Of a stretch of DNA of 64,000 nt, positions 15,628-27,860 are shown in pieces. Each line of letters begins with the position of its first letter. The first letter of the stretch is position 1. Source of the stretch: Chrysomallon squamiferum (taxonomy: Eukaryota > Animalia > Mollusca); the NCBI GenBank assembly GCA_012295275.1, contig CM022677.1:21948001-22012000 (forward strand), written 5' to 3'. The notes beneath the pieces are model-generated. The model was not told the origin of the DNA and ran no database searches. It worked only from the letters and a program-made list of their open reading frames with translations. The translations under genes were made by a program, and so were the position numbers.

Positions 15628-15943
15628 AGAAGAAGAAGAGAAAATGGAAACACCTAATTAATTAAGATGTTGGAGTATAACGTGCACTATTATATTCTTG
15701 TTTGACAGAAATGTATCTAATATCGATATTAACAGAAGGTCACGTGGTATTAGTTCTTAAGAGCTGCTGATTAAATAAACCTCTACGACAAAGCCATAGA
15801 GACACACACGCAGACACAGACACGCACACACACACACACACAGATTTTATTACGAATATTGTTTATCACTTTATTTTTTACTCATTCTACTACTGATAAT
15901 AAAAACAACTACGTCGACTACTACTACTACTACTACTACTACG

Positions 15944-15994
<51 letters not shown>

Positions 15995-17039
15995 AAGCAG
16001 AAAAATCAGGAAATCCGTTTTCTTTATCGTCAGTTCCAACGCAGATACAAAGAGCATCTCTCTGGAGTTTTCTTAATAATGATTAACTGTCTGCCAAGAC
16101 GAATTTCTCCGGTTTCCTTAAGCACGTGCGCACGAGCTCTTTCCCGCGTCTTATGTAATAATGTAACGAAGGGAACGAAGCATGTGGTTGTAAAATAAAC
16201 ATCTGTAAAAATTATGGTAGTTCAGGGCACAATGTCATTTGAATAGGAGCAGACGAAACTATCGCTATAATTGTTGTCATTATTTTAGGTCAAAGGTAAT
16301 TAATATTAATTGCAGTCGTCGTTAATTACTGATGTATTTTTGACTTTTGGTTTGGCGAAGAAAGAAACAAAGCAGACGATATTTTCAAAAGACGTATTGC
16401 TTCTCCAAATGTGGAGTATAATCTAGAAAGATTTGATGACGTAGGCATGTGACGTTGACGTGAATCGGATTAGTAATTCCAGAGGAATCCATACTTTTTT
16501 CTTTTCCTTCTTTGACACCCCCCCACGCCATGTGTTTTTTTTTTTTTTTTTTTTTTTCTTTAAGTTGTTTTCTTATTAATTAATTCATTTATTAAATTAT
16601 TAATTAACTAATTTGTTTGTGTGTTTGAATATCTTTTTTTTATGTCATATTTAATATTTTATTTAGTTGTAGTTATGTGTTTATTCCATTCTATTTATTT
16701 ATTTATTTTTGTTCTGTTTTACCTTTTTTTTTTTTTTTTCCTGTTTGTTTATTTATCATTTGCTTATTTATTTATTTACTTACTTACTTATCGTCTGTTT
16801 ATTTGTCTTTATTTTTTTGTCTGTTTATCTATTTCGTGTATGTATGTATATATGTATGTACGTGAGTGTGTGTATGCGTGTGTATATATATAAAGGTATA
16901 TGTGTGTGTTTGCCTGCATGTATGTGTGTATATATGATGTGTGTGTAAATATATATTTTACTAATGTCATTTTTTATTTATTTAAGCATTTGTGTAGCTG
17001 TATATATTTAAGTATTTATATATCTGTATATTTATTTGT

Positions 17040-17975
17040 ATATTTACTAGTGTGTTTGTGTATTCACAAGAGTGTGTTTTTACTAGTGTGTTTGTGTATT
17101 TACTAGTGTTTGTGTATTCACTAGAGTGTTTTTGTATTCACTAGTGTGTTTGTGTATTTACTAGAGTGTTTGTGTATTCACTAGTGTGTTTGTGTATTTA
17201 CTAGAGTGTTTTTGTATTCACTAGTGTGTTTGTGTATTTACTAGTGTGTTTGTGTATTCACTAGTGTGTTTGTGTATTTACTAGTGTTTTGTGTATTCAC
17301 TAGTGTGTTTGTGTATTTACTAGTGTTTTGTGTATTCACTAGTGTGTTTGTGTATTTACTAGAGTGTTTTTGTATTCACTAGTGTGTTTGTGTATTTACT
17401 AGAGTGTTTGTGTATTCACTAGTGTGTTTGTGTATTTACTAGAGTGTTTGTGTATTCACTAGTGTGTTTGTGTATTTACTAGAGTGTTTGTGTATTCACT
17501 AATTTGTGTATTTGCTGTGTATTTGCTGTGTATTTGCTGTGTATTTGCTGTGTATTTACTGTGTATTTGCTGTGTATTTACTGTGTATTTGCTGTGTATT
17601 TGCTGTGCATTTACTGTGCCTTTACTGTGTATTTACTGTGTATTTACTGTGTATTTGCTGTGTATTTGCTGTGTATTTGCTGTGTATTTGCTGTGTCTTT
17701 ACTGTGTATTCGCTGTGTATTTACTGTGTATTTGCTGTGTATTGACTGTGTATTCGCTGTGTATTTACTGTGTATTTGCTGTGTATTTGCTGTGTAGTTA
17801 CTGTGTATTTGCTGTGTATTCGCTGTGTATTCGCTGTGTATTTGCTGTGTATTTGTGTATTTACTGTGTATTTGTTGTGTATTCGCTGTGTATTCACTGT
17901 GTATTTGCTGTGTATTTGCTGTGTATTTGCTGTGTATTTACTGTGTACTTACTGTGTATTCGCTGTGTATTTCAG
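17040..17975. repeat. Two abutting minisatellites: about 20-bp ctagtgtgtttgtgtatt(t/c)a (to about 17500), then 11-bp tgtgtattt(g/a)c
   Basis: Direct reading; the last 11-mer unit runs into the exon-2 acceptor. Confidence 0.95.
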
Positions 17976-18074
17976 GCTCAGTCAGTGAGAGTGTCGCGGA
18001 AGGAGACAAACCCAGCCTGCTGCTCAGAGCGATCTGCACGTTGAACGGAAAACTAGCAGACGACTGCATCTCCG
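17976..18074 (+). CDS. Precursor exon 2 (GSVSESVAEGDKPSLLLRAICTLNGKLADDCIS)
   Basis: tatttcag| acceptor, CCG|GTAACG donor, 99 nt, phase 1-1, open frame, GC-rich island between repeats; completes the signal peptide and carries two Cys. Confidence 0.8.
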
Positions 18075-18124
18075 GTAACGTCGTCGTCGTCGTCGTTTTA
18101 ATTCTCTTCTTCTTCTTTCTTCTT

Positions 18125-18157
<33 letters not shown>

Positions 18158-19252
18158 ACTACTACTATCACTACTGTTACCACCACAAGCACTACTACTG
18201 CTACTACAACTAAAACTACAACTACGATTTAGAAATAACATTACAGTTCTACTATTCTGTCATTTCTACTACTACTACTACAACTACAATTTACAAATAA
18301 CATTACTGTTCTATTTTTCAATCATTTCTACTACTACTACTACTACTACAACTAAAACTACAACTACAATTTACAAATAACATAACTATTCTACTATTCT
18401 ATCATTTCTACTACTACTACTACTACTACTACTACAACTACAATTTACAAATAACATTACTATTCTACTATTCTATCATTTCTACTACTGCTACTACTAC
18501 AACTACTTACTATTACGGGTATATCAGCACTATCAAAACTACTGCTGCTACTACTGTATCATCATCATTATTGTCTTTAGTAGTGGTAGTAGTAGTAGAA
18601 GTAATAGTAGAAGCAGTAGTAGTAGTAGTAGTAATAGTAGTAGTGGAAATGGTAGTAGTAGTAATAGCAGTAGTAGTAGTTGTAGCTGTAATAGTTGTAG
18701 GAGTTGTAGGAGTTGTAGTAGTGGTAGTAAGTATATCACATAACATAATATAATTTAATATAATATAATATAACATAACATAACATAACATAATATAACA
18801 TAATATAACACAATACAATATAATACATAATTATATAATACAATACAGTAAAACTTTGTTTTAATATCTTTATTTCTTCAACTTTTCTTTCTCTTAGTTC
18901 AATTTTTCTTTTATCTTTTCTTTTCTTTTTTCTTTCTTTGTTGCTTTTTTCTCCATTTTCTCAGTTTAACGCTATTTATATATCATTATTTAGCACCTTG
19001 ATCGTTAAAACAACATAAACGTCTCCCTTTATTTGACAAGTATACAATGACTGCTCCCCAGAGGTTTTATTTACGTTGCTATATACGGCTTCCTCTTTCA
19101 ATGTTATTTAGTGATAAGCTATTTTCGATTCGAATCGATTATCGATTTAAGCGAAATCTAATTGAATTAAAGTGACGTAGACATGAGAAGTCGTAGTTTC
19201 GGTTGTGTACGACGTGACGTCATCGCATTAACAGATTAATCCTTTGATTAGA

Positions 19253-19327
<75 letters not shown>

Positions 19328-19460
19328 AGTCTATCCAATGTTAATTTTTCGTTTGTTTTGTTTTTCTTGTATCCGTCCGAACATCATGTGTTTGTTTGTT
19401 TGTTTGTTTGTTTATTTACTTTCCTATTTATTTATTTATTTATTTATTTATTTATTTCAG

Positions 19461-19515
19461 ATCTGCAGTCGAAAATGATGCTAAAGTTATATTCAAATGA
19501 AGACTATCGCAAAAG
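19461..19515 (+). CDS. Precursor exon 3 (DLQSKMMLKLYSNEDYRK-R)
   Basis: tttatttcag| acceptor, AAAAG|GTAAAT donor, 55 nt, phase 1-2, open; RKR cleavage site spans the junction. Confidence 0.8.
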
Positions 19516-19558
19516 GTAAATAAATAAATAAATCAAATAAATAAATCAAATAAATAAA

Positions 19559-19617
<59 letters not shown>

Positions 19618-19727
19618 CAAATAAATAAATTAATTAATTAATTAGATTAGATTAGATTCTGCACATAGACAATAATTATTCGGAACGAATGAATGTTTAA
19701 CCACACCCGAGCACGAATATTTATTTA

Positions 19728-19862
19728 ATACCGGAAAATCAGAAGAAGACAAAATCCAAACACGACCTCAATAACGTCAGAAGACGCTGACGAGATTCGA
19801 ACTTGTGTCATCCTCTGTCCGCATTGCAGGAGTGGTCGATAATAGCAGACGACAACTGAGAC
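19728..19862 (-). mobile_element. tRNA-derived SINE remnant, copy 2
   Basis: gacaaaatccaaacacgacct...cgtcagaagacgctgacgagattcgaac; - strand has an A-box-like CTCAGTTG and B-box GTTCGAATC. Confidence 0.6.
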
Positions 19863-20260
19863 AAATTCCTTTTTTCATTTTTTCTTCGTTTTATTTATTT
19901 ATTTATTAATTTATTTATTTATTAATTTATTTATTAAGGTATTTAAGTGAAATGAAATGGAATGAATTGAAATAAAATTGTAAATTAAATTAAATTAAAT
20001 TAAATTAAATTGGTAATTTGATTAGTTACTTACCGATCCAAGACATAAGACGCTTAAAATGATTTCAAAAAAAGAAAGAAAAAAAAAAACAAAAGAAAAG
20101 AAAAAAAAAAAAGAAGAAGGAAAAAAGATATATACATTATCTTAAGTAATGTTTCGTCATGAGGTTTTAGCGAAAATGTTGATCACGTGACTTCCATGGC
20201 AACCAAACAGAATGTAATCAACGTTTATTAACAGCAGAAAATTACGTATAATAATAACAA

Positions 20261-20291
<31 letters not shown>

Positions 20292-20528
20292 AGTTATAAA
20301 TGAATATATATAAAGATATATATAATTTTCAATGTTGGGATATATGTAACGAACAGGGAAAACTAACTTAGTTTTAAAAACCCCATTTAATCAGACTTTT
20401 CGAGTTCACGCCACATATATTTTTTTATTTACTTATTAACTTTTTCTTTCTTTCCTTAATCATTTTATTTTTTTTTATATATATATATATTTTTTTTAAA
20501 CATAATATTTATGATGAAACACCCACAC

Positions 20529-20563
<35 letters not shown>

Positions 20564-21601
20564 AAAGAAAAAAGCAGACTAATAATAGCTTTTAAAAATA
20601 GTTCAAAGGAATTATCTGCCCAAACAACAGCGCCCCCAGAAATACTGACATGTATTTTAACTTATTATTATTAATTTTTTTTATTTTTTATTTTTATTTT
20701 TTTTTTTTTTGACGATTGAGTTTCATTTCGCGTGCACCAAATACAACAATGTTACAACTATGCTTTCGTACATTTGGTGAAAAAAAAAAAAAAAAAAATG
20801 AACAAGAAGAAGAAGAAAAAACAGAGAGTGAAATACGATACACTGGGGATTATACGTCACAGCGCGTGCGATGCAAAAGCGCGCGTTAATTGATTATTCG
20901 TCCCACTCGAGAAATGTCGTACACTGCGTTAATTGACCGTCTCCCGGGGTTACAAGTTTGACTACATGTCACAACGACAATGTCTTCACCTCGAGTGTTT
21001 CTTTAAAATGCCGAGCTTAAATCTAGACTTGTTAATTGTACGATTAACGTGAATATCCCCTTGTATGGTCTCAAATGCAGTAATTACCATAGCAATATAC
21101 ACATCGCCTGCAACAGGCCGTATCCTAGAGTTATGTCCCTTGGCACTTTTTTTAAAAATTGTTTTTGTTGTTGTTTTGTTGTTGTTGTTATTACTACTAC
21201 TACTTTTATAAAGTTGTTGTTTATTTATTTTTATTTGTTTACTGAATAATTAAACTCATGAAGTTCAGATTAAATTTTTTATTATTATGACTACGAACGA
21301 AAGTATATTTATCTTCATTGTCATAATTATTTTCGTCATTGTTATTATTGTTGTTGTTGTCATTATTACTTACTTATTTATTTATTAATTTACTTGCTTA
21401 GTTACTTTATACCTGTTTACTTATTTACTTATTTATTTATTTACTGACTTATTTAATTATTTACTATTTACTACTTATATATTTACTTAATATTCACTTA
21501 CTTACTTGTTTACTTATTTATTTACTGATGTATTTACATATTTCCTTATGTACTTATTTACTTATACATACCTACTTACTTATTTACTTGCTTACTTTCA
21601 G

Positions 21602-21692
21602 AATATCGGCGAGGAATGACAATTCTGTGAACTTACAAATACCAAACAAACGACGAACTGAAGAAAATGTAGGTTTCTATAGCAACTGGTGA
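21602..21692 (+). CDS. Precursor exon 4, terminal (ISARNDNSVNLQIPNKRRTEENVGFYSNW*)
   Basis: cttactttcag| acceptor, phase 2 matches exon 3, KRR then an 11-12 aa peptide and TGA 21690-21692; total CDS 297 nt = 98 aa + stop. Confidence 0.8.
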
Positions 21693-21754
21693 CGTAGCAG
21701 CGTCGTCACGTGACATCTGTACGCCCAGACTTTGAAAAAGACTGAGGGAAAATT

Positions 21755-21760
21755 AATAAA
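21755..21760 (+). terminator. Candidate polyadenylation signal AATAAA of the precursor gene
   Basis: 63 nt after the stop, followed by T/GT-rich sequence (ttttctgtgcctgtgttg); AATAAA is common in this AT-rich DNA. Confidence 0.4.
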
Positions 21761-21899
21761 AATCGGATATTTTCTGTGCCTGTGTTGATAATTTTGACGC
21801 ATAAATTAATTAAATATAATTTTGTACATTTTTGTGTCTTGTTACCACGTCTGTCTGCCTATCCTTTTTATTTATTTATTTACATTTTTATTTATATTT

Positions 21900-21942
<43 letters not shown>

Positions 21943-21964
21943 TTATTTAATTTATTTATTTATT

Positions 21965-22012
<48 letters not shown>

Positions 22013-22232
22013 GATCAGTACTCGTTTTCAATATTTTGGAAATCGTATTTCTATTGTACTGAATGCTACTGGATCGAAACCAGACAGAGGACAATTAACA
22101 AACATTAGTTTTGCCAAATTTAAGAACGTTTCTGTGTAAAGATTTATCTAATTTCCCGTTCCACTCATCTCCTCCTAACATAAAAATGTAACAACCAAAC
22201 TCGGGATTGCTATGTGGTTTCTTAAGATACTG

Positions 22233-22301
<69 letters not shown>

Positions 22302-22527
22302 ATTTTATTTTATTTATTTTGTTTACGATTAGCAACCACAGAGATCGAATCCTAGAACAGAGAAATATTTCAAACCAATGAAGAGAGTATAAAACAATGT
22401 CAAAGAATGTTTGTTAATTAATTAACTAACGTATTTACTCTTTCGCCCGTTCCTGACAATGTCTCACCAACAACTTTCTCTCTTTCGCCAATTCTTTATA
22501 AAATATTATAAAAGTAGTAGTAGCCGT

Positions 22528-22569
<42 letters not shown>

Positions 22570-23000
22570 AAAAATAAAAATAACAGCAACAAACACAATC
22601 TTTAAAAAAAAAAAAAGTGCCAAGGGACATAACTCTAGGATAAGGCCTGTTGCAGGCGATGTGTATATCGCTATGGTAATTACTGCATTTGAAACCATAC
22701 AAAGGGATATTCACGCTAATTATACAATTAACAAGTCTAGATTTAAGCTCGGCGTTTTAAAGAAACACTCCTACTACTACTACTACCACCGCCATGGCTA
22801 CTACTACTATCATCATCATCATCTACTAAAAGTAAATGATTATCGCTGGTGTAAAATTAAGATATGAAGTTTAGATTATTACGTGGGTTATTTAACGAAG
22901 ATGGCTACTAATCAAGGGCAGATAACTACACTGAACGGAAGCGGATGTGACGTTATTAAAATGTTTATAAATATTACTACTGTAAGCATTATCATAGTCA

Positions 23001-23059
<59 letters not shown>

Positions 23060-23141
23060 TATTTATTTATTTTATATTTATTTATTTTTGTTTTTATTTT
23101 TTATTTATTTATTATATATTTTTTTCTAATATTAATACTGC

Positions 23142-23195
<54 letters not shown>

Positions 23196-23310
23196 GAAAT
23201 AAATAAATAAAAAATTTAAAAAAAAATCGCTATGTGTATTCAAGTGTGTTACCATCTTTGTCTGTTTTAACAATGCTCACATTTTTCAAATTGATAACCA
23301 CAGATCCATG

Positions 23311-23341
<31 letters not shown>

Positions 23342-23611
23342 GTGTTTTTAATTAGAAAAGATCAGATTTCTTTTTCTTTTCTCATGTTTTTCAAGCCGAT
23401 TGGAAAACGGCCTTTCTTTTAATTAATGTTCTTTAGGTGTTTTTTTTTTTAAATCATGTCCCTGATTATAGCTTTTGAAAGGAAAAATTCAAATCGATTT
23501 AAACCTGACTTTTTGCACCGTTCGTTTTGATAACCAATAACTTAAAGTATCTTTTCTGCTTTTGTTTTATTGCTAATTTTCTTTATTTCCTATCATTGCT
23601 GTTATCGTTGT

Positions 23612-23664
<53 letters not shown>

Positions 23665-23712
23665 CTTCTTCTTCTTCTTCTTCTTCTTCTTCTTCTTCTT
23701 CTTCTTCTTCTT

Positions 23713-23778
<66 letters not shown>

Positions 23779-23921
23779 GTTTTATTTCACCATTATTTTT
23801 TTTGTTTTGTGTCTTTTAATTGTTATTTCTTTTGATTTTTTTTTTTGTTGTTTTTTTTTTTTTAACTGTTCTTTATCGTTTTCGATTTCATTTTCTTTCC
23901 AAATAGTTTTGTATCCGTTTT

Positions 23922-23981
<60 letters not shown>

Positions 23982-24424
23982 CCACACTAATTAAACACAC
24001 GGCAGATCTAGTCTACAACAAACACATACATTACACACCTGCGGCTGTGTAATTTAAATTTGAAACTACGACATTACGTCATCAAAGTTCCACCCAGTCA
24101 GTTTTTGACGTAATTAACTCATTTCATTAGTAGTAATATCTTATCATTATCTTAATAACTAGTCACGTGTACGTGTCCTGGGAGGCATTTTGAAAAACTC
24201 ATACATTTACGAGTGATTTTTTAAAAGAAATATTTCTGTATATATTACAGAGCTTTTTTTTTTCTGTTTTTTTTTCTTTGATACTTTTTTGTTTCAATTA
24301 TTATTTTCTGTTTTACGAACGTATTCTTACATCAGTTCACATCTCACCAAACATTGTAATACACGCACAGATATTAAGACAAATTATATATACAAATATA
24401 TATTAACACACATACGTTACGAAC

Positions 24425-24488
<64 letters not shown>

Positions 24489-25123
24489 ATGTAACATATG
24501 TAACAAGATACCCAAACACACATACACAATGAGAAACACACACAAACTTCCACTCATGAATATTCAAAAATATGTACACAGAAACACTTTCAGGCACAAA
24601 TACCATGATAAAAAAAAAATACCAAACCCACACACACACACCATAAAATCCATTAAAACACACATAAAACACACCCTCATTCTCTCTCTCTCACACACAC
24701 ACACTCTCTCTCACACACACAAACACACATTCACCCATAATAAATAAATGAACACACACAACCATCAATCTTTGACACAAACCCCTCCACACAAAACCCA
24801 CAAAAACACACTGACACACACACACAACACAGACACATACAGTCACACACCACACATTTATATACACATGACAATGTCACATAATATCTTGAACACCTTC
24901 AATTTATTTCTGCGCCTTACATGTTACAAGCAAATCAAAGTTTTAAAAATACTTGTACGAAAAAAAGAAGAAGAAAAAAAAAAAAAATAGTTAACAATAA
25001 AAGGACAGAGAATATGTTATTATTATTATTATTATTTACAAAATATTTCTGAACTGTAAACATATAACCTGATCTCTGAAAGAGCAATATTATCATCAAA
25101 GTGAATGAACTGAAGTGTAGGAC

Positions 25124-25211
<88 letters not shown>

Positions 25212-25538
25212 TACCCATTTATGAATGTGTGTGTTTGTTCTATATATATAATACACACACATACATAAACTGGTATATTAAACTAATATCACTCTTACTT
25301 TGCGTACTGTTTTACTAATAAATTAAATTTCTAATTAATATTTAGCGAGACACTGTCTGACTCAGTCTGTATGGATAGTTTGATTTGGTTTGTGCTTTGG
25401 AGGTATCTCTATGTTAATTAAATAGATGGGGAAAAAAAATCATAATAACACCTATAATAACACCAATAATAACACCAATAACAATATATATATATATATA
25501 TATATATAGATAGATAGATAGATAGATAGATATAAAGA

Positions 25539-25569
<31 letters not shown>

Positions 25570-26559
25570 CTATAAATTGTATGTTTCAGTGTGTCTGTAT
25601 GTGTGTATTTTATATATGTAGAAATCTAATTAATTTGACTGGGAAGACAATCTATATATCTAAAAAGCTGCCAAACTTTGGGAAAATTTAAACAAAATAA
25701 ATTTTTAAAAAGTCAGATACATTGGAAATCCTCAATGAAGACATTTTGAAAAAAAAAAAAAAAAAAAAAGAAAGAAAGAAAGATAGAAAGAAAGAAAAAG
25801 AAAAGATACAAAGAAAGAATAAGATATAAATATGCAAAACATTATGTAAATAGGTATGCAGATACAGATAATAAAAACGATTAGAAATTTACAATAATAA
25901 ACCATTTTAAAATTAATTTAAAGAATAACTAAGATAAATTACTGGACTAGACATCAAAATTGTCAACAGTTGTAGAAAAAAAATTTACACAACAATATTT
26001 AGTGTTTTATATATATATATATATTCTTAATTCTGAGTACAAACTATATTTAAAAAATAAATAAATAAATAAATAAAATCAACAAAAATTAGGAAGAACA
26101 GGGTTAAGATATTTAGTAAAGGGAAATAACTCCATGTGACATGGACTTGTTAAAAAATGTGGTTTATGATGCCAAGAAGAATGTACATAAATTTTTTTTA
26201 AAAATTAGCCATCAAAACAAGATCAGTAATATCAAAAAAAAAAAAACACCACCACCATTCTACAAGTTCATATTTATACAGGTACAATGGATTTAATAAT
26301 CTGTACATGTAAATTTGGATGTGTGTGTATCTATGTATAATTGTGCATGTGTATTTATATATTTATGTATGTATGTAGGTATGTGTGTGTGTGTGTCTGG
26401 TATGTACATATGTAAGCAAGTGTACACAAATGGACTATTTAATTATACTAGCGAGTAACTGACAATACTAAAACTGATCAATGTTCTCTAGCAGTGTGAA
26501 GGAAAAAAAAGAAAAAACGTATGTACAGGCAATGAAGAACAAGAAAACTCTACACACTA

Positions 26560-26570
26560 TTTATTTTATT
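26560..26570 (-). terminator. Candidate poly(A) signals (tandem AATAAA) of the PK-like gene
   Basis: tttattttatt on the + strand, about 650 nt past the stop, beyond a low-complexity 3'UTR. Confidence 0.45.
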
Positions 26571-26849
26571 TTAGCACTAACCAAAGACCTGTGAACATTA
26601 AAAATATCAACATATTCTAAACGTTTGCTGTCTACAGGAGAAGAAAAAGAAAGCACACACTTCATCTACATCATCAATTACAACTACGACAACGACAATG
26701 TTACTGATGTTATCATCACACACCACATCACCAATGTCATAGATAACTATAGCAAAATCATCTACAAATTCACCAACAACAGCTACAACGTCATCACTGT
26801 TGTCGACAACGTTTCTAAAGAATATTTCTGATGTCCTCACAATCATTAC

Positions 26850-27200
26850 AAACAACATGAATGACATTATCATCAACTATCACAGCATCAATGATATCAT
26901 CATCATTGTCAGTGATATTATCATCAACTACAACAATAATATCAGTGACATCATTATCATCATCTACAACATCAGACACATTATCGTCATCATCATCATC
27001 ATCGTCAGTGACATTATCATCAACTACAACAATAATATCAGTGACGTCGTCATCATCATCTACAACATCAGTGACATCGTCGTCATCAACTTCAACACCA
27101 CACATCTTCTTCGTCATCAACTACAACATCGACAACGACAAAACCACCATCAACTACAACATCAGTGACATCGTCATCGTCGACCACAACAGCCTCGGTG
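26850..27200. repeat. Low-complexity imperfect tandem repeat in the PK-like 3'UTR
   Basis: Recurrent atcagtgacat(t/c)atcatcaactacaac units. Confidence 0.8.
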
Positions 27201-27219
27201 ACAACAACAACAGCATCGT

Positions 27220-27449
27220 CTATGTCTCGACGTCAGCGCGGATGTGGGAGAGTTGTGCGAACGACCTCTGCTTCTCCGACTGCCCCACGGTGATGGTGCG
27301 CACGGTGTTGGTGGAGCCTGTTCCAGGCATCCACCCGGTCACCAGTACTGCGATGTTGCCGGGCTTAACGATCTTCATTTGCTTGGCAACGACCAGACCT
27401 TTGTGGAAACGGTTGTCAACGTCCTCGGCCCAGTCTTCGCATTTCTCCT
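27220..27449 (-). CDS. PK: PK-like terminal exon (EEKCEDWAEDVDNRFHKGLVVAKQMKIVKPGNIAVLVTGWMPGTGSTNTVRTITVGQSEKQRSFAQLSHIRADVET*)
   Basis: Poly-T + tttcaag acceptor; WAEDVD.R and TGW.PG.G.TNT.R motifs; TAG at 27222-27220. Confidence 0.94.
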
Positions 27450-27617
27450 CTTGAAAGTTTTGAAAAAAAAAAAAAAAAAAAAGAGTTTAATAATTTGGTT
27501 GTGTGTGTTTGTTTGTGTGTGTGTGTGTGAAAGTGTGATTTGTGTATTTGTGTATATTTTTGTGTGTGTGTATGTGAGTCTGTGTGTACGAGTGTGCACA
27601 TATGTTCATTTTACATG

Positions 27618-27652
<35 letters not shown>

Positions 27653-27762
27653 TTTATTATGTGTGTGTATATATACAATGTGTGTTTTGTGTCAAATTAT
27701 CATTGTATATATTTTTACAATCTTTTTTTTTCAAAACATATTCATATTTTTTCTCCTTTTTC

Positions 27763-27809
<47 letters not shown>

Positions 27810-27817
27810 ACAGTGTA

Positions 27818-27860
<43 letters not shown>

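Larger units (their letters stand above)
20993..22770. repeat. Long inverted repeat, arms 20993-21211 and 22506-22770
   Basis: gagtgtttctttaaaatgccgagcttaaatctagacttg...gagttatgtcccttggcac is mirrored by gtgccaagggacataactc...caagtctagatttaagctcggcgttttaaagaaacactc. Confidence 0.92.

Noticed and set aside
17484-17975. Cys-rich ORFs (VYLLCICC repeats) resembling metallothionein or keratin-associated proteins
   Set aside because: Product of an 11-bp minisatellite that is open in several frames; only 17976-18074 is exon-like
26607-27454. Ser/Thr-rich mucin-like and Asp-rich shell-matrix-like ORFs
   Set aside because: Low-complexity PK 3'UTR and antisense overlap with the PK last exon; no signal peptide or splice support
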